NCBI GenBank assembly: GCA_951406725.2
Contig: OX597815.1
Span: 201,686,001 to 201,750,000, forward strand
Origin: Octopus vulgaris
Taxonomy: Eukaryota
Length of the DNA: 64,000 nucleotides
Direction: 5' to 3'
Made by a program: the position numbers and the translations under genes. A model generated the notes under the pieces. The model made no database searches and was not told the DNA's origin. It saw nothing but the letters and a program-made list of their open reading frames with translations. Shown one piece after another: positions 29,095 through 42,689 of this stretch. The stretch's first letter is position 1, and each line of letters begins with the position of its first letter.

Positions 29095-29184
29095 AAAGTA
29101 GAACGTAGGAATGATTGCTAAACACCACATTGCTGGATAAATTATTTCTATTTTTGTGAAGTAAGTCTACCATTGGTTTCATAT

Positions 29185-29351
29185 GAAGACTAGTGGGAAA
29201 ATGTCCAAGTACCTTAACAATGCTTCAAGTCGGTCACATGGAGAACGCTGTTTGCCGCCATTTTGGAAAACTCCAAATGTAGGCAAACACCTTTCTCCAT
29301 GTGGTCGGCTTGCAAATTTGTTAAGATAGTTGGATATTTTGCTACTCTTCT
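29185..29351. repeat. Imperfect fold-back palindrome, arms about 75 bp
   Basis: cacatggagaa...tgtttgcc mirrored by ggcaaacacctttctccatgtg. Confidence 0.85.
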
Positions 29352-30339
29352 TAACACGAAACCAATCGTAGCCTTAATTCACAAATAAAGAAAATATATA
29401 CATATGCGTGTGTGTGTGTGTCGCTGGCTTGATATTCGATTTGAATTTAATTTAAGCCACCTTGGCCATAGTTTCTCGTCTCATATAGGAGAAATACTAT
29501 ATTAAATTACATTGACTTTATGTAAAATGTTTGCCACAAATTTTGTTTCGGTACTGTAACATTATATTATGAAGAGTTGTGAATACGCCGCATTGTTCGC
29601 TGCCAGTTGGTATTTTATTTCTGCCTCTAACGTAAAGTTTTGTGTCATGAAATTTAACGGTGTGAATGTTATATTGGTATTTGTATCTTACATTGCTAGT
29701 CCAAAGATCTGTCAGTTATTCAGTAGTTTGCAAGCATGCTGAGGGAATCTTATCTATTCCGTTATTTCTATAATATTTATTCTCTATAAGACAGTTGTAG
29801 AATGTCATAAAATCTCACTTTCGGTTTTGTAAAATTTTATTGACTCATTGGTCCATATTACAAGATTTCGTTGGTGTTATTATTCAGTAAGATATGTGCA
29901 GTTTGGTTAGTTGCAATGAATGCTGTTCCATTGCATAAGTGTGGCTGCATTTGTACGTGTATCATTACAGAGCCTGCTTTTTTCTAACGCATTTTGTATT
30001 CATTATTACTTAACGCTTATTTTACATGCAATATCTTGATTATACCCTTTAGCAAAAGAGGAGAATTCCTACTAAGAAGGGTTCTGATGACAGATGCCAC
30101 GTAAATATTAATACACGGCGATTCACCGTGTATTTATAAACATGATTACGTCTATTGTTTTGTCTTTTCAATAACACTTTATTTTCGAAATATTGAGGTA
30201 GTGTTACAAACTCAAATGCTATCAGATCATTATTGGTTACGTCGACCATTGTGCTTGTCTGGATTGATCACACTAAGTTTATCAAAAATATACCTTGTAG
30301 CGTCATTTTCAATTTGTGATAAATTTCGCTCTCTCTCCA

Positions 30340-30417
<78 letters not shown>

Positions 30418-30589
30418 AAAAAGGAGATGTCGAACACGAGTGGTGATATATAAAAAAGGAAATGAAGAAAATGCTGACAAATAATTGAAGTAATTTAAGT
30501 AATTTAATTAGGTGAAAGTTCTTTTTACCGGTTGCGCATTTGTTATGCTTATCAAAATATAAAAGAGAGATTAGAGTTCCTTTCTTATA

Positions 30590-30653
<64 letters not shown>

Positions 30654-31579
30654 GTGTGTGTGTGTGTGTATGTATATTTGTTTCTCTTTCCAAGAGAAAC
30701 TTCCTTTTCAGTAATTTGTTGATAGATTTAATAAAATTAAATTCCTAAATGAAAATATGTGAGATAACTCTAATATAAGGGCAATAAATAATGGCTTATT
30801 TTAAGCCTTAGTTTCAAGACGGAAATATATCTAATTGTAGCAATTATCAATTTTGATACTTATACTTTTCACGCATAAATTTATCTTTAATATTATACAA
30901 AGAATAAGTGAATTGGTAAGATTAGAAATAAAAAAAGCGTATAAACAGCACTTGAGTTTCAATAATCTAAATCCAAAGAAATGCTTCAATATTCATAATG
31001 AATGCACTCCTACACGGTCGTCTTCAATAAATAATTTATTAGAAAATTTGCAAGATTTGTAAATATGACAAGAAGCGACATATATGCATATAGCATATTA
31101 CATTAAAAAAAAAATACATGTTACAGCTGTTCAACCCAGTAAAACCTAACACATGAAGAGACATATCACCTGTTTCAAACATTTCATGAAAGCGAAATGT
31201 GGTCATTACTACAAACGACAAACGCCGATATACTTCGTATCTTATTATTCTTGGACTAGGTGTCATAGTAGTCGCTGCCATTGGTAATATCCTAGCGAAT
31301 CGTGATCGTATTCTTCATTTACTTTTTTTTTCCTTTGCTTCGGATAGAGTGATCTGGATTGGATTGCTAAATCTATCGGTTCTTCGATATTACAAGTTGC
31401 GAACGGGAATATAATTAGAAAACGGTTAAAAGCAGCGAATCATGGCTTTTTTTTGAAGAGAGTGGTGAGAATAAAAGTTTCAAGCCTCACACGAAATATC
31501 GAAATGAAAAAAAATTCCATTTTAGTAGATACATTTCAAAATGATAAAAATGTATATATGAATGTCCTCTCTCTCTCCC

Positions 31580-31617
<38 letters not shown>

Positions 31618-32549
31618 CAGTATATTATGTGTTAGAAAAAATAAACCTCATATTCACTCGCAGTCATAACAGAAACGTTTCTCAGTAAAATATCATATAG
31701 TGTTTCGTATAATACATTTACTCTGATTACACAAAAATCATGGAAACAGAGCATTGCATATATGACAAATGACTATGAACACGATGCTGAAATAACTAAG
31801 ATTAACCACTTTAATATTAACACAAATCCAGAATAGAAGGAAATACAAATATTAATTCACAATTCTAAAGTAATTTATACATTTCGGTGTCCTCAAGGAA
31901 ACCGCGAACTTTGTGAAACTATCTATATGTTTTACATGAGAGCAACATTTCTTCTGAAACTGATCGTGGATTTAGAACAAGAAACTAAAATTCGATACGA
32001 AACAGGAGGTGGCAATAAATAATTTCTTTGTAGATTCCCACAAGTAACGACAAGAACATCTATGATCGCATTGCTACCGAAATTACATAACTCAGAATTA
32101 AAACTCAGATACAGGGTGTAAGAATAATATTAAAATTCAGTCCTGAAAAGATTCATCAGTTCTCCACGATTCTCAGTAATCCATTGCAAAGATCACAGAA
32201 GGAAATCTTTCAACGATAATTGCATTTGAAGCAGCATCTGAGAATTCTTTGAAACGTTATGTTTTAAAGAATTTAAGAACATTAACATTCACATGTAGCA
32301 TAAAAAAATTATGCTCTTTCGACCATAAAGATGTGTAAAGATACCATTTAATGCTTCTGTTACATTTTGAGAAAGATTTCATTTAACAAATATCAGACAA
32401 GAAATGCTCTTCGCGGAAAAAATGTTATCGCTTGATAAATCAGTTCTTCGTTACACTAGATCAGATTGAAATGTCAGTGATATTACTCATTCGCCGAGTT
32501 CTTGGACTACTTTCTATTTCACATTTGTCATAGTAAATCTTTCTTGAAA

Positions 32550-33500
32550 TATAATGAAAGTCTTGGACAACATATCTAATGTCATAAAAAAGAAAGATGT
32601 CATTGTCTTTTTTATGAATATCACCTAGTGTATTTTGCCCAATTCCACCCCTCTAACTTAAAAAGTTCTTCGATATTTTTATATCATTTACAGGAGAATA
32701 ATTAATAAGCGTTCTATGAAATTATCATACAGCTGCTACATAATATGAAGAGTATTATTACACGAGATCAATACCATGAGCCTAAATCCAGTTGTTGCTG
32801 TCGTGACGCAGGATCTTGTCTACTTGAACAACGATGTATGATAAAATTTGTCATATACGTCACAGAAGTTACTGCAACGCTAAAACATAATAAAACGGAT
32901 AAGAAGCCCTATGTTGGATTGTGTGAAAGGTAATTTAAAAATCGCTATGCCAATCACATAGCCTCTTACCGACATGAGGACAAAAGCAAAGCTGCTCAGT
33001 TTGCTAGAAACGTATGGAGTTTGAAAGATTACGCAATACCACATATCATTAAGTGGAAAATATAAAGTAATCCATTCCTTAAGTAAATGCATGAAATAAA
33101 TGCAGTCTATGTTTAGCTGAAAAACCTGATATCCTTTTCAGATCTAAGACCTATAACTCTCTACTAAGCACTAGATTTTAAATTTTCAGTGGTTGCAAGT
33201 ATATGTAAAAATGTATTCTGAAGTATTAGAAAACTCCGACTATACGTTATTAATTTGTCGATATCTTTACCGCCTTATGAATTAAAGTCTAAGGAGTATA
33301 TCTCTTACATTTTTTACCATTTTACATTTTAGTTCTTGCTTTTTTGTTTTTCAGTTTTTTAACCGCCCGCATTTTCCATATGTTGCTTTGTAAGCTTTTT
33401 CGTGTTTCTTGTATTATTCAATTTGTTCTCTTCATTATCATTTGTGGTCTGTTCTTGATGAATATGTTTGAGATATTTATCAGCGTATATTTTAGACATG
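32550..33500 (+). mobile_element. Decayed Penelope-like element, GIY-YIG endonuclease region
   Basis: NKRSMKLSYSC, CxLEQRC...VIY...YVGLCE, KNRYANH, VWSLK, IKWKI, SLCLAEK in the expected order; may extend upstream to about 31900. Confidence 0.82.
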
Positions 33501-33660
33501 TATTGTGTCCTTTAAATAAATAATAAATACCTCTCACCAGATGGAGTAACATTTGTTGAAATTTCTATCACGAAATAGTACATTATATGTGCGTGGGTGT
33601 GTGAGTTCGCGCGCGCCTGTATATATGAGTACATATATGTATATATATATATATATATAT

Positions 33661-33770
<110 letters not shown>

Positions 33771-33779
33771 GTATATATT

Positions 33780-33968
33780 GCAAATTTACCGAAAAAAGGA
33801 CGAAGACAGGTTATGGAACAACAAGAAATTGAATTAGTTTAACGCTTGCAAAGAAAGGAAAAGTCTTGATGCTTCATATCTATCTTTGACACAAAGGATT
33901 GGGAGAGAATAATGAAGAGAGAACAAAATAAAACGGAGAGAGGAAAACAATGTATAGCGACTAACGGT
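33780..33968 (-). mobile_element. Short element subfamily 2, heavily decayed
   Basis: gacgaagacagg...attagtttaacgct...aaagtctt. Confidence 0.7.
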
Positions 33969-34131
33969 TGAATATGGTGTATAAACACACGCCCCACACG
34001 CACACACATATACACACATATCTATATATATATATCCTACATTAAATATATGTGTTTGTGTGCGTGTGGGTGTATATGTGAGTGTTGTGTGCGTATTCAT
34101 ATATACGCATATATAAATACTGCGAATATAT

Positions 34132-34167
<36 letters not shown>

Positions 34168-34350
34168 CAACATACTAAAGTGTACTTATAACTTCCTCAG
34201 TAATATCATCATGCGTAAGTAATTCATTCAAGTAAATAATGGAATGAATAATCTAGTTCAGGCCTCTCTTTTCATAAAGCACCTCTGGTTATTTATTGTT
34301 TTATAATTTTCCTTTCTTAGACAATCTTTTCCGGAAAGTTCGTCGGGAAT

Positions 34351-34761
34351 ACTCTCTCTTTTACTATTTTACTCTTTTACTTGTTTCAGTAATTTCACTA
34401 TGGCCATGCTGGAGCACCGCCTTTAGTCGAGCAAATCGACCCCAGGGCTTATTCTTTGTAGGCCCAGTACTTATTCCATCGGTCTCTTTTGCCGAACCGC
34501 TAAGTTACGGGGACGTAAACACACCAGCATCGGTTGTCAAGCAATGCTAGTGGGAAAAACCCACACACACATATATATATATATATATATACATATATAC
34601 GACAGGCTTCTTTCAGTTTCCGTCTACCAAATCCACTCACAAGGCATTGGTTGGCCCGGGGCTCTAGCAAAAGACACTTGCCCAAGATGCCACGCAGTGG
34701 GACTGAACCCGGAACCATGTGGTTGGTTAGCAAGCTACTTACCACACAGCCACTCCTGCGG
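34351..34761 (-). mobile_element. SINE family 1, full length
   Basis: Collinear with other copies. Confidence 0.95.
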
Positions 34762-35166
34762 CTGTAGGTTTTTTTTTTATTACCAAATACCACAAGAAGT
34801 GATGCCATGTTATAACCATTGGATTTCGAATAAATGGTGCATAAATGTTTTTTAAAATAATTTGTGATATATAATCTAATTTCATATTTGTGATATTTCT
34901 TTCAGCTGTTACTACCAAGTTAATAGTTTCCAGTTGTATATCACCAGGTCTGGTTATATAATTTACAGTTGCATTTACAAGAGCATTTTTGATTCTCGAC
35001 AAGATGAAAGGATGAGCATCATGTTGATTTCTAGATATCGACATTTTTGCATTTATAAAATACGATAAAATAAAATTATTTTATTCAGTCTAGTTGTCTA
35101 GTCGTTTCCGATACACCAGCTAAGCATGAGAATGTGTATGTACGTAAGTGTGTGTATATGAATATG

Positions 35167-35370
<204 letters not shown>

Positions 35371-35432
35371 GAATTAAGAAGTGGAGTCAATCGCGGGTAT
35401 TATTCAAATCAATGATACTTCCAAAATATATA

Positions 35433-36256
35433 CACGAAGTCTGATCAATAAGCATCCTCAATGTTGCCATAGTAACGCAGCTAAAGCACTCAGAGTGAAG
35501 CCACTTGGGATTAATCTTCAACACTGTTGAACACTGTTGAGTGTATGCACTAAGTTTGAACGTTGTAGCTCACTTCCGCTGTTTACAACAGTGCTCGGAT
35601 GGAAGGTTTGTAGTGTGTGATTGTCGCATTAACCATGACAGAGAAAGTAGCTGCAAGTGTATGGAGAGGAGTGTACGACCGCACACAGGGACAGGGATGG
35701 TCCAGACGTTTCGAAGATGACCGAAAAAATGGCGACATTGATGAATGTTCTCAGAGACCCACAAGCAGCAGGATTGAGAAAAATATCGCAGATATGCGTG
35801 CAGCTATGAAGGGAAATCGTCGAATCACCATCCGTGACGTATCAGAGGATGGGGAGATTAGCTACGGTTCAATTTATTCTATTATCACTGAAGTTTTATA
35901 TATAAGATCCGTATCTGCCAAGTTTGCAGCAAAACTGCTTTCAACGGACCCAAAAGACACTCTGGTTTCAAATGCACATAATCTCCTTGATTGTGTCGAG
36001 AAAACTTGAAATATTTCTGAAAATATTGCCTCTGACCAGGTATTGTAAAGATCATGCCAAACATTGATGCAGATTATTTTCTAAAATTTCACTGTAATAG
36101 TCAATGCCAAGGTCACACGCTACACGCCTTCCTTCCAAGCACTTTTGTAAATGGAGGAAGTGAGCTAAGCTCAATCTGTACCAAGCGGGTTTAGTCTGCG
36201 TACTTCAGCGTCATTACTATTGCAAAACTCCGGATAGTTACTTATCAGACCACGCA
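35433..36256 (+). mobile_element. Internally deleted mariner element with imperfect TIRs and flanking TA
   Basis: ORF 35617..36009 has mariner HTH region (RPTS...NRRITIRDVSE...ISYGSIYSII...VSAKF..KLLS); termini gtctgat...atagtaa are inverted; no catalytic domain seen. Confidence 0.88.
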
Positions 36257-36277
36257 TATGTATATATATATTAAGAC

Positions 36278-36312
<35 letters not shown>

Positions 36313-37016
36313 CAAAAAGATAGATAGATAGATAGATAGGTAGGTAGAGAACCGGGCTTATTTCTGTGTGCATATGTAGGAATGATTGCATATATGTGTG
36401 TATGTATGTGTGTGTGAGAGAGAAGGAGAGTCTGTGTTTGTGTTATGAAAATGTAATCATAAGATCTAAGGATCTAAGTGTTGGATGTTTGTAAGCATAA
36501 AACAGTCCCTGATAGGTATACAAGAAAACAACGTTCAGGAACAATAATAATTTATTGGCTTATGTTATAGGCATTTCCAATATCGAAGTTAGCGAACCTG
36601 AAATACATAGCTTGCAGTTAGCATCTTGAGTCCCTATGAAAGCCAATAAAACGCTAAATTGCGGGAGTGGAGCTCGTACAATTCAAATTATGTATTCGGC
36701 GATTTAACCTCTGGGTCTTTAATGACTATGTAACCCTCAGATAATTAATATATCTTCGGCCTGATGAGTAGCTAGTTTAGTAACGCTCATTGAGTAATTA
36801 TTACATCGGAGGTTCTGCTCATTAGAAAACATATGTAGCCGCGATTTTATCTTGTCCATTCCCTCAATTTTTGATGTTTGCATGTGTGTGTTTGTGTGTG
36901 GTTGTGTGTGTGTATGTGTGTGTATGTATGTGTTTGTATAGATATAAACAATTATTGGTTTTTATTAAAAGCGACAAAATGTGCAACGTACGATACACAA
37001 CGGAAGATAGTACAGT

Positions 37017-37230
37017 AATGCAGTAATGCCATTAGGACAGCAACAATTGAGGGTAAATTACCATTCCAACAAGGTGTTTATATGCAGACAGTTTAACTTA
37101 ATATTAAAGCACTCACCAAGAGTCTCGGGTGATGTGGGTTCGAGTCCCAGGAATGTTTGTTGACATTTTCTCCGCCTTGAAAATATAATTTACCCACTAT
37201 TTTTGCTGCTCTAACATCATTACTACATTC
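37017..37230. repeat. About 55-bp imperfect inverted repeats enclosing a tRNA-like remnant
   Basis: aatgcagtaatg...gggtaaatta versus taatttaccca...cattactacatt; B box GGTTCGAGTCC near 37137. Confidence 0.7.
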
Positions 37231-38296
37231 GAAAAATATCATCTTGCTTATATATATATATTTAAGCAATGATAAATCTCAGAGCGAGTTATAAACAGTA
37301 GCGGCAAATGGCAAATATGCGTCACGATATATATTTAAGAATTTATGAAAATTCTATATTTAGGAGAAAATCTCCGTGTTGATTTAAAATAATATAATCT
37401 CATTTCATTGAGGCTTCTTGAAGAAGTCAAAGATCAGTATTGCATTGTTTAGAAACACTGCATATAATACAAATTAGCAATTCATGCAAGATTCGATAGT
37501 TGGCTATTGATAGTATTCTATTGGTGCTTTAATTCCTTTAATTTAAATTCTTATTTAATTCTTTAAACTCTTTAAATTCTTTAAATTGAAATTCTTATAA
37601 TACTAGATACCCGCGTTTAGGATTGCTGTTGAGGGAGGTCACTGTTTTCCACATTCCAGATTTAATAAGAATATCTAAAGGTATACGGCTCTTTTTTAGG
37701 TATGCGGAGCGGAGATTTTCGTAAGAAGCATGAAATATTTGCTTAAACACCCCTATACTGTAGTTATATTAGTTGCATAATTTATTGAAAATCTGCATAC
37801 GGTTATATAATACTCCAATTTAATATCTAAAATATCTAATGCGCTTGCACGTGAAGCAATTTCCTATTATGACAACATTTTGTTTTTTTTTCGAAAAGTT
37901 AAATGCTATATTCCAGTCAATATTTCTCTGTAATGTAGGTGAAAGTAATTCATAAATTCAGAAGATATGTAATTGAAATTTGATGCCAAATATACTTGAT
38001 TTCCGAATTGTCAGTTTGGAAACTGCAAAATACTTGAACTCTCATAATATATATAACTGTACATGTAATATGATTGCAAAAATTATATGACATAATGCTA
38101 TGATGTAATTTTGTTTTCGTATTCATGATGTTTTACTTTATCTTACAATAATTTGTTTTACATGTTTTACTTCCTTAGAGAATACATAAAGTTTGGGAAA
38201 TTTATGTGCTTATAGTCGAAACTTGCACAAAAATGTAAAATTGGCTTATATTCAATGACAACTGATCTTTTTCTTTCCCTAAGAATCGGCTCCCAG

Positions 38297-38456
38297 AATA
38301 TTTTATGGATGTTACTGTGTTATATTTTTCACTCAAAATATATACTTGGAAATTAAAGAGATTCAATACTTATACATAGGTTTTCGAATACGTTTATTAT
38401 TTCGTTATACGTAGATACATACAAAACATACACACATACATACACACCAGACACAT

Positions 38457-38520
<64 letters not shown>

Positions 38521-38527
38521 GGTGTGT

Positions 38528-38563
<36 letters not shown>

Positions 38564-38584
38564 GTGCATATATATATATATATC

Positions 38585-38625
<41 letters not shown>

Positions 38626-38635
38626 AAACACACAC

Positions 38636-38685
<50 letters not shown>

Positions 38686-38845
38686 ATGTGTCTGGTGTGT
38701 ATGTATGTGTGTATGTTTTGTATGTATCTACGTATAACGAAATAATAAACGTATTCGAAAACCTATGTATAAGTATTGAATCTCTTTAATTTCCAAGAAT
38801 ATATTTTGAGTGAAAAATATAACACAGTAACATCCATAAAATATT
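38297..38845. repeat. Near-perfect inverted duplication, arms about 165 bp, TA-rich spacer
   Basis: aatattttatggatgttactgtg... versus ...cacagtaacatccataaaatatt; one mismatch seen. Confidence 0.95.
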
Positions 38846-38948
38846 ATGTATATATATGTATATATATGAATATGTATATGTTTATATATATGTATATATA
38901 TGAATATGTATATGTATATATATATATATGTATATATATATGAATATG

Positions 38949-39056
<108 letters not shown>

Positions 39057-39071
39057 AATATATATAAAATC

Positions 39072-39392
39072 CTTAAACTTAAACGCTTAAAAATGTTTTA
39101 GCCCGAAAGCTGCCGCCATGCTGGGGCACCACCGTCGAATGTGCTACACTAGTATGTAAAACCACCTCTGATACGTGGCACTTGGTCAACAAGGGAGTTC
39201 GACACCGCTGCTCGGATCTGTGTTTCCTGCCGAGAGGTAGGTTCATCTGGAACCCCTGACAGGAAGAGATCCACTTTTGTTTTAAGGAAACCCACATCCA
39301 CACCATGCAGGTCTCTCAGGCAGTTAGGAAAGATATTGAAGAGCTATGGTCCCCTGAAACCCAAGCTGTTGCAGTATCTGGTCCTGTATTTT
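39072..39392 (-). mobile_element. 3' fragment related to LINE family B
   Basis: Reverse translation RTRYCNSLGFRGP*LFN...LRDLHGVDV...LSGVPDEP; tail ggtgccccagcatggc. Confidence 0.9.
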
Positions 39393-39414
39393 GATATATA
39401 TATATATATATATA

Positions 39415-39710
39415 TAAATTCAAATTATTACAATATAAAAGGGCCATACTGAACTCATTAGAAATAGCAGCTAAAAACTTTTTAAAACATTTCTAATACT
39501 TAAAGAAAAAGCAAAACTCAAAGTTGTAAGATAAAAAAATCAAATGCATTTGATTTTTTTTATGTCTTTCCAAACTTTCTGAGTTGACCAAACACTATAC
39601 GAGAGATTTTCTTTAAGTATTAGAAATGGTTTTTAAAAGTTTTTAGCTGCTATTTCTAATGAGTTATATATATTTATTTTATAGCCCTTTTATATATATA
39701 ATTTGAATTG
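39415..39710. repeat. Fold-back palindrome centred on caaatgcatttg (39541-39552)
   Basis: aactcattagaaatagcagctaaaaactt versus aagtttttagctgctatttctaatgagtt. Confidence 0.9.
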
Positions 39711-39787
39711 CCTTAAATGGTCCCTTTGCATACTGAACACTTGGTGAAATTAATTAATAATTAATTATTTTACCCTCAATTGTTGAA

Positions 39788-39830
<43 letters not shown>

Positions 39831-39851
39831 CATATACATATATATATGTAC

Positions 39852-39935
<84 letters not shown>

Positions 39936-41132
39936 ATGTATGTACCTACGGTCTATATAATTTTAAACGAGAACGATATATTTGTTTCACTTGTATTCAA
40001 CCCATAAACCACATGAATTACATACAGATTTTCTACGTATTGTTGTTAGACAGCAGACTACTAGAAGTGTCAATGCTCTAGAGAAAATGCTTTAGGTTAT
40101 TTGTACCGATGCTGCATAACTTATCACAACCTACGTAGGCGAGCCACACGTCACAGACATATTTGAGAGAATACAAAAATAATAATACTGCATCTTCAAT
40201 TATGTCGAGTAGTATCTGATCCGGTCCTTTGCAGTCTTACCCATCCTCTTCGTGCATTTTACTTGTTATTGTGGATATAGAAATATAAAGGCAACAGAAA
40301 GACTATTTCAAAAACATGAACAAGTAAAACGGAATTAAAATTTATCAAATATTAAATTGATATTAATTTTGTTCAGATGTATATGATGAGAGTATGGTAG
40401 ACTATAATTTTAAACAAGTTATAAGTTATGATATAAAACTTATTTTAACTGACGTAATTATCTACTATTTTAATAAAAATATTGCATGGCTAATTTCCAA
40501 GGCATATTTAAGAGAGACAGCTAATATATGATATATAATTTATTGAGAAATAATAATATATAAAATAGAAATATATACTATACAAATAATGAAGAAATAA
40601 AGAATTAATGAAGAAATGCATTTGAGTGTTAGGCAAGAAATATTTCATCAAAATCATCTTTATGGTATAAATAACTATTAATCATTAAAGTTACATTACA
40701 TAATTATGCTCTATATAAGTAACATGAAATTATGGTAAATGGAAGGATGGACTGATATATGTATAGTTAGAAAGATAGATAAATAGAGCGATGCCTATAT
40801 GAAAAGATAGATTGAGACATATATACGCATAAAATCATTATGTACATAGTCAACAGATGAGATCCAGAGATACTCAGCTTAGAAGACATTTAGTAGAGCT
40901 CAAAAGATCCAAACTGAGACTAAACTCCGATGTCTTTACAGGCAACCAGTTTCGTGGGGTAAAGAATGGTTATGAGGGTGATGGAGTTGAGTGATTATGA
41001 AAGTTGTGCGGATAAGTAAATTAAAGATGTTAAATATAACAGCTTGGGTATGAAATACAAAATATGTATATATGTATACAAGCAAAACGAAAGAATGAGA
41101 GGAGACTTTTCAGACTTACAGTAGTTTATATT

Positions 41133-41519
41133 GGATGGAAGCACTCCGTCGGTTACGACGACGAGGGTTCCGGTTGATCCGAATCAACGGAACAGCCTGC
41201 TCTTGAAATTAACGTGTAAGTGGCTGGGCATTCCACAGACACGTGTACCCTTAACGTAGTTCTCGGGGATATTCAGCGTGACACAGAGAGTGACAAGGCC
41301 GGCCCCTTTGAAATACAGGTACAACAGAAACAGGAAGTAAGAGTGAGAGAAAGTTGTGGTGAAAGAGTACAGCAGGAATCACCACCATCCCCTGCCGGAG
41401 CCTCGTGGAGCTTTAGGTGTTGTCGCTCAATAAACACTCACAACGCCCGGTCTGGGAATCGAAACCGCGATCCCACGACCGCGAGTCCGCTGCCCTAACC
41501 ACTGGGCCATTGCGCCTTC
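41133..41519 (-). mobile_element. SINE family 2a, full length, 15-bp TSD
   Basis: A box TGGCCCAGTGG, B box GTTTCGATTCC; ACAGTAGTTTATATT at 41118-41132 and 41520-41534. Confidence 0.96.
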
Positions 41520-42037
41520 ACAGTAGTTTATATTAATAGATCCAAATTACACAAACTACAAACGACACAGAATATAATAGGGGAGGAAATAGGGCGTTAC
41601 AAAGCCAAAAGCTGTTTTTCTTCTTGCGGGGGGGGGGGGGTCGAATACTCATCAAAATCTCGGTAAATGTACTTCATTACAATAAGCAGACCGTAATGGA
41701 AGTAATTAACATTGGATAACTCGATCATCCGTCATCAAGGAAGAAAGGATCTTACCTTTCAGATCACGGTGAAGTGAAGTTCAAAGGTGGAATAATGAAA
41801 TGTGGATAGTAAGGAGTATTAAGAGGGAGGGCGTAGGAGAGTTGATGGGGATATGCAGAGTGTTGAGACGGAATTGTAAGATGAGATAAGGGAACTCGTT
41901 GAGGAAGACAGAGGTGTAGTAATAATTTAATTTGTTGATCCGCGTGATTGCCTATCTCTATCTTTTTTCTTTCCCCCCTCTATCTTTCTCTTTTCCCTTT
42001 CTCTCTCTCTCTCTATATATATATATATCAACATATA

Positions 42038-42253
42038 AAGTTAATCCAGACATGAAAACGCAAAGAGAAAACACAACGACGCGAGGACGTGTAACAAGTA
42101 TAGTATTATTGGACGCGCAGGAAAGAAGGAAAGAAGGAGGGTTTAACGTTTCGAGCGAAGCTCTTCGTCAGAAACATAGGAAAAGGAAAGATCCAAAGAA
42201 AGGAAGACGGAGAAAAAAATCGCCAACGGTATACACGCGGTCACATTTTGAAA
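42038..42253 (-). mobile_element. 216-bp hammerhead-bearing element, subfamily 1, with 24-bp flanking direct repeat
   Basis: (TA)7TCAACATATA at 42014-42037 and 42254-42277; second copy at 57119..57327. Confidence 0.88.
42141..42175 (-). ncRNA. Minimal type I hammerhead ribozyme motif
   Basis: Reverse complement: gttt-CTGACGA-a-gagc ttc gctc-GAAA-cg-TT-aaac; helices I and II perfect, palindromic ACGU helix III. Confidence 0.78.
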
Positions 42254-42624
42254 TATATATATATATATCAACATATACACGGAGAGAGAAAGAAAGACAG
42301 AAGGTGAGAGGGAGATGTTGATATGTACAATAGTTATATACATGTACATAAACTTATATGTAAAAAAATTATTACAATTTATATGCATATATTTTATGCA
42401 TGTGCGTGTGCGTGTGTGAGTGTGTGCGTGCATGTGTGCATGTGTGTGCGTCCGCGTGCATTCGTGTGTATATATTGGTGTATGCGCACACGAACATGCC
42501 TTCGCAAACATGTATGTTCTATAGACTTAGACTAAATAAATTTTATGGGATAAACCAAAATTTTATGAGTATATATTTGTCAATAGGAATGCATTTAGGT
42601 ATAGACATACAAATGATATATTTT

Positions 42625-42680
42625 TCCTTTTCCTTTTTCTTTTACTTGTTTCAGTCATTTGACTGCGGCAATGCTGTAAC
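42625..42680 (-). mobile_element. SINE family 1, 3' tail fragment
   Basis: ttttacttgtttcagtcatttgactgcggcaatgctg. Confidence 0.85.
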
Positions 42681-42689
42681 ATCGCCCCC

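Noticed and set aside
31199-31414. 71-aa hydrophobic ORF resembling a membrane peptide
   Set aside because: Non-ATG start, no splice or homology support; hydrophobicity is expected from T-rich DNA
36625-36830. CTGATGA and a degenerate hammerhead-like layout
   Set aside because: No correctly placed GAAA/NUH or helices; at best a decayed Penelope terminus
41440-41519. tRNA-like sequences with A and B boxes (also 47650-47726, 49193-49265 and SINE1 heads)
   Set aside because: SINE heads lacking a proper acceptor stem and continuing into SINE bodies; not tRNA genes
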